From Schmidtea polychroa (Eukaryota): a stretch of DNA of 64,000 nt. Below, one piece after another: positions 14,071-27,151 of this stretch (its first letter is position 1; every line of letters starts with the position of its first letter). The stretch spans positions 111,206,397-111,270,396 of the forward strand of contig CM097887.1 of NCBI GenBank assembly GCA_044892525.1, written 5' to 3'. The position numbers were made by a program, and so were the translations under genes. The notes under the pieces are model-generated. The model saw only the letters and a program-made list of their open reading frames with translations, did not search any database and had not been told where the DNA came from.

Positions 14071-15509
14071 TGATCAAATTCATTTGAAAAAGGCAGTGCC
14101 GAAAATTCGTGATTATCAACAAACATCGATATATTACTGATTTATAGTCTTCAAACTCTCTCTTCAATTCAATGGATAAAATAATCAGTGGTGAAATTGG
14201 AAGAAATAAAAGTTCTTATAATATATATATATAGTGGTGGGCCGCTTTTTGATTTGGAAATCGGAATTGACTGGATTCCTATTTTTGCCGATTAATCGGC
14301 ATCCGGCACGGACAGGCCTACCGATTTAAATAGTGTTAACACTTGTCAATATAATAAATCATAAAATTATAAATAAGTGTTGAGCGTTAAATACGTTTAT
14401 AATACCTTCTCTCATGTATCCAGTTACATTATCATGTCAAATAAAAATATTAAACAACAAATAAAATTGATCAAAACAAACACTTCTTTATTATTATATT
14501 ATGGTTTCAATTACATAAAAATTTCCATAAATAAAATCTCGCTCTCGTGAGATCTCCGACTATGACAATAAACAGTCTGTTTGTTATTTGAATCCGAACA
14601 GCACTAACCGAGGCTTGTAATAAATATGATTCCAGAGCAACATGTCTGGCTGTACATGAAGCAGAGATCGAATTACTAAGAGCTTTTAACAAAAAAATGC
14701 TTTTAAGGTAGATTAATCAAGATTAAAATATAAATCCACCAGTGAGCTAGCGCCAACAATAATTTTATTAAACTTAATTTTACTGTCTTCACTGATTAAT
14801 CTAGAATCTAGATAAAAATATAAATCTATCAATCAATATATATTTGTGTGTGTTACGGATAAATAATTTGTAGTACCCAGCAGAGTCACCTCTAGAAGTT
14901 TTGTCGGGATAGCTGGAGTGATTGTATATGGTACAATAAATAATAACAAACAATAATAATGATTAATACAACTTTTATTTAATTAATAAAAAAACTTTTG
15001 ACATACCAATTTTCTTAAATTCATAATTTTCTTTCGTATTTCGTAATACACAATTTTTTTTCATTTTTCATAGTTTTCAACTTTATTTTGTTTATTGATT
15101 TCTATATTTTTAAATTCTCTGTGGTAATAATTTATTATAGAGAATTAAACTATATAGTCTTTTTTCTTTCACAATAATAACAAAAATGACAATAACAATA
15201 AAACCAATAACAAGCCACATTATTAACAAAAATAAGAATGTACTACAAACTTTATATTGAATCTTTTTTTGAACATACAAATCTATGGATAATTATGTAT
15301 TTAGATTGATAACATGATTCCATGATTTTTGACAGGTTAAAGCTAGTAAATACTAATTTTTTTTTCTTCGATGCGCTTTCATTTATCTTTATTCATTATC
15401 TTTCTGGTCATATATTGCGCATTGGTGACGAATGGGTTAAAATAACATTTTAAGAATAGAAAAGATTTGATATGTGAATCTTCAATGTTTTATTTATTCC
15501 TTCCTTTGT

Positions 15510-18011
15510 TAAGATACTCCATTTCCTGTTGATAAAAATATAAACGAAGATCTGTTAAAACTTCGACCTACTTCTCAACATTTGACTTAAGTTGGGGATT
15601 TCAAATTGTCAAACACCATTAAAGTCCACAATGGTGCTATGACCTGGTATTTTATTGAATTCTATCATTGTTATTAATCAAATTCAAACAGTATCAGAAC
15701 ACATAAAAACAGAAAGGTTTTCTGTACGACAAGTGATGATAATTCATGGAAACTATAGTCTATCGAGTCCTTGCAGGTGTTGAGGTTCCAAGAATCTCAA
15801 CTTGATGATCTTATTAAATAAATAAGTCAAACACTGGTGCTTTCAAGACTTTTATTTGATAACAATAATGATATATTACAAAATAAAATATTCACCTTTT
15901 CACACAGTCAATTATGTAATTTTATATAGGGTTCTCTTTTTGTCTTGTTTTCTTTGCTAATAGTCTCTAAATGCTATTACCTGAGCTCGGTTATGTAAAT
16001 CCGTATGCTCAAATGTATATTGCAATATCAATTACTGAATTTGCAATTCTTCTTCGCAAATGATTTTTTGGGGTGCTTTGACTGAAATATCAGTCTGTAT
16101 ATATACCAATTTTCTGTTGACACCCCACTTGGAGTGTCAACATACCTTGTTTACTCAATTCAACCTATTCCATTTTCCCTGGCACTGTGCCCTTTATTTG
16201 CCTTATTCGCATTGCGGTATTTTGTTTATTTTATTTTTAACTTCCCCAAATACGTATTGAGAATGACACGAACAACCTACGCATAAAAAAAATTATTGAA
16301 CCACAAATAATATATCGCAGTAATTATAAAATTTCTAGACTTCAGAAAAATTGACAACCACGTGCCTATCATAGTATAATATAATAGAAATATATTTTCA
16401 ATTAAATTTTAATGAATTGTGTAGTTATTCTTAAATTTGCTGTGTCTTGTTGTGATTGTGACTGCCACTTGATTCTCTGTACGGTTTTATTTTCTATACC
16501 ACTGTTTATGCAGATCAAAAAAAACAACTTTTTCAATAGATATTGTGCATATCGCAAAGTTTTTATTGATTAATATTTTAAAATAGATCCATTTTCACCA
16601 GTTAATCTATTTGGAGGTTTGTCAATATCTGTTAAAAAAATACACCGCTTGTTTGCATATAACAGGTAGAAAATTCAAATGTGAATTGCCAATTTTAAAA
16701 TCACTGTAAATTATTTATTTGTTTTACTTGATTTGAAATGACTTGCATTGTCAACAGCTTGGGCTAGCTATTTCCCGTGGATTTTATTTCATTTTTGATT
16801 TCATTTTCAAAACTAACTTGGTAAGATTTTTTTGAATTAATTATTTATCATTTTATTATTATTATATATTTTGATAATTTATTTATTAGATTTAAATTTT
16901 ATCAACCTCAACACTATGCTACAGTTGTTTATTTGTTTATTAAATCTAACTTTTATTAATTTTCAAATGCAGCATCCCTGACAAAAAGATCAAAGGTGAA
17001 AAATACATTGTCAATCTATAACTACCCTTATTAAGGGGCTATGCAAATAAAAATTCACATCACCATAAAAATAAAAACAATCGATCATAATCAAAATAAA
17101 ATAATCTAATCAATATAGTCATAATTGTCGATAGATCACCAAATTGTCATCATCATAGTTATCTTGTATTCAAATCAATTTTCATTAACTTATTTCTGAA
17201 TATGTATATTTATTCTATATCTATCTGCCCCTATTGTATAATATTTTAATTTTAAAATTTTTAGGATTCTCCCATCTTCTAACACAGGTATAAGGACATA
17301 CAAATTGGCTTTTATTTGCAACATTTGATAATGATGGAGAAATATTGGCTACTACAAGTGGTGATAATACTTTGATTTTAAATCTCAATTTTATTATGAT
17401 ATCCTCTCTATTTTTATCCTTTAGATTTGGAGCTTATCTGCCGCAGGCTTTGAAGGTCACTCCCAATCGATATGGTCATTTTATTGGTATACTTTAGCTC
17501 CGCATTTAGCTACAGAAATTTATTTATTTATTATTTATTTTATTATTTATTTATTTATTATATTAGGAAGGAGTTATTTGCTATTGTTTCCGGAGCACAT
17601 GTGGGCAATCTATTCTAAGTCATCAATACACCGTTAATTCCGTCAACATCAATCAGATGGGCACAAATATTGCTTCCTGTGATATGTTTGGATTTCTGAA
17701 GTTCTGGGATTTTCGCCATTTGGCTACACCGATAAGCACCACAGATTTGGGATTTCATCCGTCCAATGACGTCAGATATGACACGAGTGGAGCTTATATG
17801 GCAATGTCGAATCGTAAATCTGTGATAAAAATAGTGGAAATGACCAGTTTCAATGTAAATCAATAGTTTTGGTTTCACTAATTAATCAATACTTTTCCAG
17901 ATGACGTCATTTGTTGGCCATAAAGATTTCGTGCAATCTGGGATGTTTGATCACGATGGAGAATTTCTGATTTCCGCCTATGTAGATTTCACTGTTCAAG
18001 TTTGGTCGTAA
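15510..18011 (+). pseudogene. SPAG16: SPAG16/PF20-like WD40 axonemal protein, decayed or partial copy
   Basis: DTPFPVDKNINEDL..FKLSNTIKVH (~15514, with an in-frame TAA), GHTNWLLFATFDNDGEILATTSGDNT (~17298), FEGHSQSIWS, GTNIASCDMFGFLKFWDFRH and GHKDFVQSGMFDHDGEFLISAYVDFTVQVWS* (stop 18009-18011) follow SPAG16 order. Middle WD repeats were not found. Confidence 0.75.
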
Positions 18012-18314
18012 ATTTATTCTGGGTTCCAATAAATGAATTTTAGATTAGTCTTTCTCTTAGGATGTTGATATTTATTCTCTTATTGATCTTTGTGGCCAAG
18101 GTTTGTGTGCGTGTGATCTTGCTGTTCAGCCTAATCGAGTCTCCAATAAAGTCTGTGTTTGGACTGTTTGATGTGTATGTTGCATGCATGTGTCTGTGTG
18201 TATGACTGAATATACTTGTGTATAACAAAGTGTATATAACTTTTAGTCACCTTGTATATAAATCATAATTGTCGTTTATACATAAAATGCTATTAATTAA
18301 TACTATAATATATT

Positions 18315-20247
18315 TGTTGGTTAAGTAGGGGTGTGTCATTTTTACATTTTAAATATGTTAGGGGTAATTTAGATATTCACTCGACTCTTTCCTAAGCACA
18401 TCCATGACTATTGCACTTTAAACCATTTGTGTACCCATGGCGACGACCATGTTGGTATTGTACACAACGGTGAAAAAACAATGAGCAGTTAAGCTCTATT
18501 GCTAAAACTACTCCCCATTGTATTTTCTCTTCGGGTTCTAGACGCCCGATAGAAGGTCTTGCGTCATTAGTCATTTTCAATTTCTACTTTCCACTTTTCT
18601 ATTTTAATCAACTATGGTCCTCATTTCTGGATGTTTTCTATTGTTCCTTTTCAAAATTTTGTGCAGGGAAGCGCCCTTATTTTTCTGTCATAAATCATTA
18701 TGTGTTTTCTATAATTTTTGTTGATAAATGTCGTTCTCTATTTTCAGCGGTTCTTGTGAAAAATATAACTTAATTTTTCAAAAATTTGAGTAGGGGTCTG
18801 CCCTTATTCCCAAGTTAATAAACATGTTTCCACACTTCTCATAAAAATTTGAGCAGGGATCTGCCTGTATTTCTAATCCTAAACTATCGGATATCTTAAC
18901 CATTTGTGGTTTCTATAAGATTGCCTAAACCTACTTTATCTACCGACAACTGGTCCTAACTATCATATTATTAATCCTAACTCAGTGATATCAACGAAAT
19001 AAAGGTAACTGGGTCGTCTTATACTATCTAAATCTAAACAAGGCCCTAAACTATCTTAAAATGACATTGCACTCTCCAATCGTTCCTATCCCTATCTATA
19101 TCCTCTAACACGATGGACCCAACTGGCGAAACATCTGTCGACCAACAGCACGTGGTGCCGTCCGTCTACAAACCTTCCCCCAGTCCAGAGCATCGATACA
19201 TAAATTCATTATAAATCCAATTCAACTACAATTATCATTAAAATTATAACCGAGTCAAAATAAATAAAATACTAATATTAATGAAAAATAATTTCAATTT
19301 AAAATTTTATTAATTCATAAAATTACCTAACATTAGACTTAACAAACAACAAAAAATATAAATAAATAAAATACCAATATTAATGAAAAACAACTTCAAT
19401 TTAACAATTTTATTATTCCAAAAAATTAGATTCCATGAAGCTTAACAAAAATTACATTTAACATACAAAATAAAAAAAATCAAATTTACCTTACCGCGAT
19501 GGCATACGCCGACAATTGAGAGCGCCTGACAACGTCTGGTGAAAGTGTAAATTTTTGATTGACCAAGTTGTTAAAACTGAAATTTCACTCAGAATTTATA
19601 CTGATTGAATTGCACGCCTACGCATTCTCTGCTACTATATCCAATTAGAATGCGAAACAATTCTGATTAATTTTTGCATGCATGCATGAGTGTGTGAAAT
19701 TATTTATTTTTAAATTTAATTAATCAAAATTCTAATTTTTATTAATTTTTAAGATTTATTTTTATAAATTCTATAATTTAAATAGTTTTTGCTAATTTTA
19801 ATTTAGTTTTACAAGTTATTATTTAAATAAGTTTAGTTCATTGATTTAAACAATTTGGTTTTATAAATCTTATAATTTATCTAATTTTACTACTTATATT
19901 CTACTTTTTATCATTTTATGAGTTTACTAGATATTTTGTCTTAAATTTCAAATTTATTTATTTAAAAATTTTCCATATTATTAATTTATTTATTACCCAT
20001 TATTTTATTCATTATTATTTTATTTTTTAGTTGTTAGATATTCCGAAGGCGATATTTCTCCTAATTGTGTTAGTGATCGCGACCTTTTTGCGTTCCTTTA
20101 TTTTATTACCCGGGTCTTATTTATCATCAATGTGTTAAGCACTTTTATTTGTATTGATTGGTGTTTTAATTTAACTTGGTGCGATTTTTATGTTATATAT
20201 TTTTGATTCATTAAAACAAGCTCTCAGTTCTCGGTTCTAGCCCAACA
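18315..20247 (-). mobile_element. Solo LTR (1933 bp) related to the giant-retroelement LTRs
   Basis: Minus strand reads TGTTGGGCTAGAACCG...CCAACA, flanked by a 4-bp TSD TATT (18311-18314, 20248-20251). It has an A-rich 5' part, then ATTGG, TATAAA and a GTAAG donor, as in the other two LTRs. Confidence 0.8.
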
Positions 20248-20945
20248 TATTGTAAGTATCGTGAACAGGATACACATATGCATACATTCAACAACATCGA
20301 AACTTTGACATTCAGGCGTACATTGCATAATATGCAGTCATACGAATTCAACTTGCGTGAAAATTATATAATTTCAAACAAGTATTATTTACAGTCATTC
20401 AACATCCCGCTCGTTTTAATTCGTTTGATATATTCAACATTTCTAATATTCCATTTTCCATTCTGAAATTCGATCATGATACTTCTGTCATATAACATCT
20501 TTTTTATTTTATCTGGATCCTCAAATCAATCTTCATTTTTATTTGCAACATTTTTTTACAAAAACACGGAATAAAATGTTTTCTATAGAAATTTAGAAAG
20601 TGGCAACAACTAATTTCCACACACAAACACAGTAAAATGCGTGTCAACTTTGGATATGTAGAAATATTGCATGGAATAATAGCAATTTGAATTTTTATTT
20701 TTTGAAGAAACAATGAAATTTCCTACCGGAAACTTTATTGATTTGAATCTTAATATTCTTAAGTTTTTGAGAAAATTTAGAGACAAAGTAGTAAATGATG
20801 AAGACAAATTTCAAGTAGTGAGAAGTGAGGAGTATAAACCGAATATTCATTAAATAATGTTTTTAGGTTTAAACATGGATATTTTCCTGTTTTTCGCTTT
20901 CTCATTTAACCAGTATGAATTCATATTGAAATTTTAAAATGAAAT

Positions 20946-21809
20946 AGTAGTGAGAAGTGAGGAGTATAAACCAAGCCAAATATACAGTATTACGTAATAT
21001 ATGTATGGGTACCCTAGGGGGTGGTATGGTGTTACGTAATTTTGTAAAATTACGTAATTCCATAAAAAGTGACTTGATTATATTTTGATTACGTAATGAT
21101 CGATTTTTCCCGCCATACTTGCCCCCTTTATGTAATAATTGACCTTTGACCTCTTATATCATAATTATACTTCATTAGAGTAGTGAGGAGTATAAACCAA
21201 GCCAAATATCCCTGGAAAAAATTCAATACATTTTGATAGAGTAGTGAGAAGTGAGGAGTATAAACCAAGCCAAATATACAGTATTACGTAATATATGTAT
21301 GGGTACCCTAGGGGCTGGTGGTATGGTGTTACGTAATTTTGTAAAATTACGTAATCACATATAAATGACGTAATTATATTTTGATTGTGTAATGATCGAT
21401 TTTTTAAATTTTACGTCATAATTGACCCCTTATATAATAATTGACCTTTGACCTCTTATATCATAATTAACCTTTGACCCCTTACATATTAATTGACCTT
21501 TGACCTCTTATGTAATAATTATACTTCATTAGATTAGTGAAGAGTATAAACCAAGCCAAATATCCCTGGAAAAAATTCAATACATTTTGATAGAGTAGTG
21601 AGAAGTGATGAGTATAAACCAAGCCAAATATACAGTATTACGTAATATTTGTATGGGTACCCTGGGGGTGGTATGGTATTACATAATTCTGTATAATTTT
21701 ATTATAGATATATATTTATTGAATTATAAACATATTTAAGAAAAAGTCATGCATACATTTTTGAACCCGAGTACTATAATGATGACAATGAATGTGATAA
21801 ACACTCGGA
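20946..21809 (+). repeat. Left terminal inverted repeat of the Maverick, with internal tandem subrepeats
   Basis: Reverse complement of 38020-38822; the agtagtgagaagtgaggagtataaaccaagccaaata unit recurs; bounded internally by an N gap (21810-21962). Confidence 0.9.
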
Positions 21810-21962
21810 NNNNNNNNNNNNNNNNNNNNNNNNNNNNNNNNNNNNNNNNNNNNNNNNNNNNNNNNNNNNNNNNNNNNNNNNNNNNNNNNNNNNNNNNNNN
21901 NNNNNNNNNNNNNNNNNNNNNNNNNNNNNNNNNNNNNNNNNNNNNNNNNNNNNNNNNNNNNN
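21810..21962. other. Assembly gap (153 N)
   Basis: Run of N inside the left TIR. Confidence 1.
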
Positions 21963-22044
21963 AAATATCAACGTAAAATGTAAATGATACAAATAAGAAC
22001 TAAAACAATAATTATGTTAAATAAATTTTATTTCAATACAAAAT

Positions 22045-23361
22045 TTATTCAAGAACATATTGATGTTCCCTTTCATATGGAAAGTGTGGGTGACCATAAT
22101 CATCATTTGGGAAATATGGTTGAACGTATTGATCATTTTCTTCGTCCAGATCACTAACTTCAGCATTGTTACTATGACCCATAACCGTGTTAACTATTTT
22201 ATAATGACCATATGCTACACTTTCATTTTTTTTACCCAATGCCTCTTATCATCATTATTAGTTAGGGCTAATTTTATATTTTTAATTGTAAATAACTGAT
22301 GATTTTTACTTACTATTCGAGATTGTGGTACTGAAATCATCGAATTATTATGATAACATTCAAGATACGATTGATGTTTTAAGTCGGTACCCTTCAATGT
22401 TATTCCCTTAGCCTTGTTGCTCTCTTTATCACCCAAAAGGCTATAGCATTTAGGCCTTAAAAACACCCATTCCTTATATCTACCCTGTTTATTTTCATCT
22501 TTGAATTTACCAATGACGGAATCAAGAGCTCTTGAATATAATTCATGAGATGAATCATAATTCGATGTATCCAGCATGTTATCTCTTACCATAGCTGGTA
22601 AAAGCACATCTAATTTGCATCCTTTAACCTCTAAAAAGAAGGAATCAGTGTCACCTGCAATAATATTGATTTCACAGCTAAAATCATCTCGATATTTTTG
22701 TAAATCAATATATTGCAACTGATACATACGTAATTTGGATAGATCCAGTACAGATTGACCAATGTAACTAGGTCTATCCAAACACACTGAATCCTTATTT
22801 AATAGAACGGCTATTAAGTCATGATCTATTTTATAAGTCTTTTTAAATGTGGGTTTAGAGGAATAAGTAATCAGTTTAGAAGCTGAGTTACACAATCTCA
22901 AGTTCAATCGTTTCTTCAAATTTTCGACTGTCTTTCCATATAAACTATTGTTAAGAAGCTTAAAATAGTTTTTATCAAGAGTATTTGTTGACACAGCTCG
23001 AAGTTGGGTGTTTGTGTCAATGTAATGTTTGAATATAGTAGACTGATGAAATTTGATAGCCCTGTGAATTTGAGTAACTTTTACTCCAAGAGAAAGATAA
23101 AGTTGTAGAAGTTTCCAATGAAGAACATAGTTCTTCTTGGGTAAATGTGTAAGCATCAACTTCTCCACTTTAGATCCTGGAGCACACATTTTTTCAACTG
23201 CAACCGGAAAATCATTAAGTTTATCGTGAATAGATGTTGGAATATCTAGATCCACTTCCATAGTATACCCATATGAAAGTGAATCTAGATCAATAGATTC
23301 ACAGTCTTTTAATAAATTAATTAATTCAGGCTCATCCGTCACCCAAGAAAATTCACCCCTA
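22045..23361 (-). pseudogene. polB: Protein-primed family B DNA polymerase, C-terminal part
   Basis: Motif B KLLNNSLYGK, motif C AGDTDS, FLRPKCY, KAKG; a frameshift in the A-run near 22230 links DDKRHWV to NESVAYGHY. Continues RGEFSWVTDEP from the upstream half once the LTR is removed. Confidence 0.92.
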
Positions 23362-23689
23362 TGTTGGGCTGAGCCGAAGGGTAGCTGAGAAATCAGGTTA
23401 AACTTAACTAAAGTAAAATAAAAAATAAAATAAATAGATTGATGAATAAAATAGAATAGAATATAAGAAAAAGCAATAATTAGAAAATAAGAATTAAAAC
23501 AAAAAAATATAAAAATAAGAACAATTAAAATAGGACAATAGAATGACGAAAAATAACGAAAAATGTAGTAGTTAATAAGGAATTAAGGAAAATAAATAAA
23601 AAACACAATAAAAATAAAGAAAATAGTAAGAAATAACTCAAAAACAAGAAAAACTAAATTAAATTAATAAAATAAGGCGGTACTCAATT

Positions 23690-23831
23690 CTGATTGGTCC
23701 GCATAAACGAAAAATACCTATATAAGTAAACAGCAAACTCACTATAGTCAATGTTAAAACCAAACCAATTACAGGTAAGAAATAGTATTAAGTAATGTTA
23801 AATGTTAAAACCAAACCAATTACAGTTACAG
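23690..23831 (+). promoter_or_regulatory. Putative LTR promoter: inverted CCAAT box, TATA box, duplicated leader and splice donor
   Basis: CTGATTGG 23690-23697, TATATAA 23719-23725, 25-nt direct repeat 23750-23774/23801-23825 with GTAAG at 23775. Confidence 0.55.
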
Positions 23832-25824
23832 GTACTCGACAATCCAGAAAACCGACCAACACTCAGACGACTATTAGGAACAGTTCTATTGACAATTCAT
23901 TCATATAACCGATTTGATTAGTGTATATTTCGGCTCAGCCTTTGGAATCACAGAATTTTTCAAACAATAAGTAAGGATGTATTGCTATTGTAAAATTTGT
24001 TTTCTCAAGGATTAAATATTTTATTATATTAACGTAACGTTTGAATAAAAACTTCTCCATTCGATTTCGATTTTTTAATGATAATATAGTTCGTAAATTA
24101 ATTTAAAGGTTAATGATATATGAATGTTTATGATATGTTTTGTCGTCGAACGTATTGATTGTGATAAAATTATTTTTGAGAAACGTGGAGTTGAGGAGAC
24201 CCACGCCATGGTGTGAGGAGCCTTCGGGAGCTCAGCCGGCGAGTGTGGATCTCTTCAATCACGCAGCTGACGTGGGCCGGAATGTGGGGGTTTCCTCACG
24301 GGTCCGTCGCTGAAGGAAGTAAAATGCTGCAAGCACGAGTTTAAAGTATAGAGGAATGCATTCAAATATTGAAAAGTAGAGCAATCTTAATTGAAAATGA
24401 CTGAGGTGGCTACAAATTCTTATTAGACATCACACTCTGAAATTTCATCTGACATCAGAAATCGTATTCTTGCATCAACCGACACTCTATCTTCTAGTGG
24501 CAAAATACTCTTCTATCAAAACTCACGTCAATAGAGAAACCGAGTACTAATATGTTCATTAAATGTAAAATCATAATATAGGAAGCATAAACGAAGATTT
24601 ATTCAACAAAAATTTTAGTACGAATATATTTTTCAACAAACCCTTTAATTGTTTCATTTCTCCTGAAAATCCACAATAGCGGCAACATGAAGTTCTTTCT
24701 GTAAACGACACTTTCGACCAATATAGGTGGAACTCTTTTGAATGAGTTGCTGTAAATATTCCACGAAATCATAACATCCAAATTGAAAAACGGAGGAAAC
24801 TGCACATCATGAGAATAAATTCCAACGTTCATGCTCGATGAGAACTAATCATAAGTAGCACATTGAATAGCTGAAATAAATCCAACTCGCGGTGTGAGAC
24901 GATCAGCTGCAACCCGTTAACGTAGATAATGAGAAAGCAGACGAGACAAGTCACACGCATTGCTACACATAAATACACACTAACATATGCCGCATGCATT
25001 CTTTTCCCAGTCAGCTAATGACGATGAGAACACAAATTGGAGTACACGCACATGACATAATTATCTCCGATAGATATCTAACTTTCAGATTCATGTTGTT
25101 AATGATTTCTACGAGTGAGCTATGCATTACCGGATGACTGTTATCAATTAGCTAGATTTCACAGATTAATTGCACAAGTAAATTCCATAACAAGAATGAA
25201 TGGATCGATTTTCAGGATAGGAATAAAAATCTAATCATACTCGAATCCTTAAAAATCTAATGGTAGCACAGTGATTGAATATGTTTTTTCGATTTTCATA
25301 TACCAATATGAGTTACGATTTGAGGTAATTAATTTAAGGAGCATTCCCGCGGCACTAGAGAACTTTGTTTTTACGTTTTTAAAGATAAATATCTGTATTC
25401 GAAAAGTTATATGTAAAAATGAACATTAATTATTTAATTATGCAAACATTCTAATGGTTCCTAAACAATTTCTACGAAACCGATAACTCTAACGTTCACT
25501 GGGTCAATACATTTGCGAGTCATCTTTCACCTAAATAGTTGAGAATCTCAGATAATAATAGGTAATAGATATTCTAAGCATAATCATAAAATTTTGGCAA
25601 AGTATTAATCAGATGTTAATTTCTCTTGCAACCCCAAATAGACATCCAAGAATTCACTGAATACAATTATAAAACACTATTTCTAACGGAACCATATCAT
25701 TGACCTTTTATCCATTTTACTTAATTTTTCGAAATTAATCAATGATCATGTCCCATGCTGGTTTAGTAGAAATCGCTGATCTTAATTCTTATTCTGATTG
25801 TTTTTCTTTGTTACAGTTATCAAA

Positions 25825-26567
25825 ATGTTGCCAAGCTCGAAGCCGTCGCTCAAACCCTGTTTCTCCTGTGCCGACAAAAACACCGTAATCCGAGAATTAC
25901 AGGCCCAGATCGGTCGATATAAAAGAAGATCGACGATCTGGAAGGTACATGGTTTAGCCCAGTACAAATGAAGGAGGTACAAAAGAAATTGTACCGCAGC
26001 GAGCATTGTCGCGATGCTTTGATAAGCGAAAGTAGAGCTCAGCGTAGCCTAATCAAAGAGCAGTCCGAAGCTCTACACAAAGTTTACGTTCAAGCCGCGA
26101 CAACCCGAAAGATCGTTAGTATCCCGATTAAAGAAGCGGACAATATCTTCCCCGTCCACCATGAACCTTCATTTAGTTCACCACCCTTATCAAAAAGATC
26201 TTGTCGTGAATGCGTGGAGGCCGACCTCTCCCCTAGGCCAACGGACGTACCTACTCCCGGCACCGGCAAGGTATTGCCTTCAACCACGACGTCCTCAGCA
26301 ATCTTGTCTGCCAACCCTTCGAAACCTAAACGCCGCCAATTATCCAGAGCGGAGCGTAAGAAGCGTCAACGTGAACGAGCGATCGTCAAACAACGGGAAC
26401 TATCTTCCAACCCCCCAAGTACTTCGAATGATCCCCCCGTAACGATCGATCTAACTGTAGGGATCCCAGGGCGAATCATATCTGCCGCTGGTGTGACTTG
26501 GGAGGAGAATGCCTCCGAGTTTTTTGATCTGGATGAGCTATTGGCGGATGCGGAATGGGAGAAGTGA
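25825..26567 (+). pseudogene. LTR-encoded ORF (CxxC, coiled coil, basic patch, acidic tail) with a 1-nt frameshift near 25925
   Basis: MLPSSKPSLKPCFSCADKNTVIRELQAQIGRYKR/IDDLEGTWFSPVQMKE..EHCRDALISESRAQR..EQSEALHKVY aligns with 46284-47045; preceded by a ttacag acceptor. Confidence 0.75.
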
Positions 26568-27151
26568 GAATCGCAACACAATACAACCGTGCAGAGTGTT
26601 AATGGACAAATAAACTATCATGACTCCTTTTCCTCTTAATCTATTTTCCACTAAGTATACTCGTTATATAGTGCCATAATTATCTAGTGTATTATGATAA
26701 TAGAATAAAGAAATTTGTGGGTTATTTCTCGTTGTTGTTTTGATTTAAATAGTTGCGGTAAAGGTTCAAAGTAATGTTCACAAAGTGATTCATAAAGCGA
26801 GAGTAAATTTTGAGTTCGAGAGGCAATAGTCAATTTTGTGTCGAATTGTGGGACAGGGTAGAGAGAGAATCTGATGAGGTAAACAGACGTAAGTCCTTCC
26901 ATCGGCAGTCAGAAAGGGAAGTCGAGGCCTCAGTAAGGAGTAGTCCTAAGGTAGGGGCTCACCTGCTTACTGGAGTTTCGCCGGCATAGCACATTTCCAA
27001 CGTGAAGCAATTCGCGGGTGCTATGTTGGAGGGTAAGTTGTGCGGGGTCCTGCTCCGGGTTGACACGGGCGTATGTAGCGTGACGATATGGGCACGCATC
27101 CCCTAGACAAAGACGTAGATTGAGCAGAGTCAACCGAGCGCTACCCCAGCA

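Larger units (their letters stand above)
23362..27151 (+). mobile_element. Solo LTR (3790 bp) of a giant Gypsy-type retroelement inserted in the Maverick polB
   Basis: TGTTGGG...CCCAGCA termini, 4-bp TSD CCTA (23358-23361, 27152-27155); removing it restores WALSQKLPRGEFSWV in frame; same organisation as LTR 43443-47579. Confidence 0.92.

Noticed and set aside
14851-15300. TG-starting segment suggesting a small LTR
   Set aside because: No matching terminus or TSD found.
20946-21700. Repeat-spacer-like pattern suggesting CRISPR
   Set aside because: Eukaryotic context, 'spacers' are themselves repeated, and the array is part of the Maverick TIR.
21749-21992. ORFs containing X runs here and at 37732-38113
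   Set aside because: Artefacts of N gaps.
24200-25760. Possible antisense coding relics inside the LTRs (also 44500-45700)
   Set aside because: Many stops, no recognisable motif, and no alignment between the two LTRs by eye.
26930-27151. C-terminal tail of the 537-aa ORF (RCWGSARLTLL...)
   Set aside because: Read-through from polB into the antisense strand of the inserted LTR; not polymerase.
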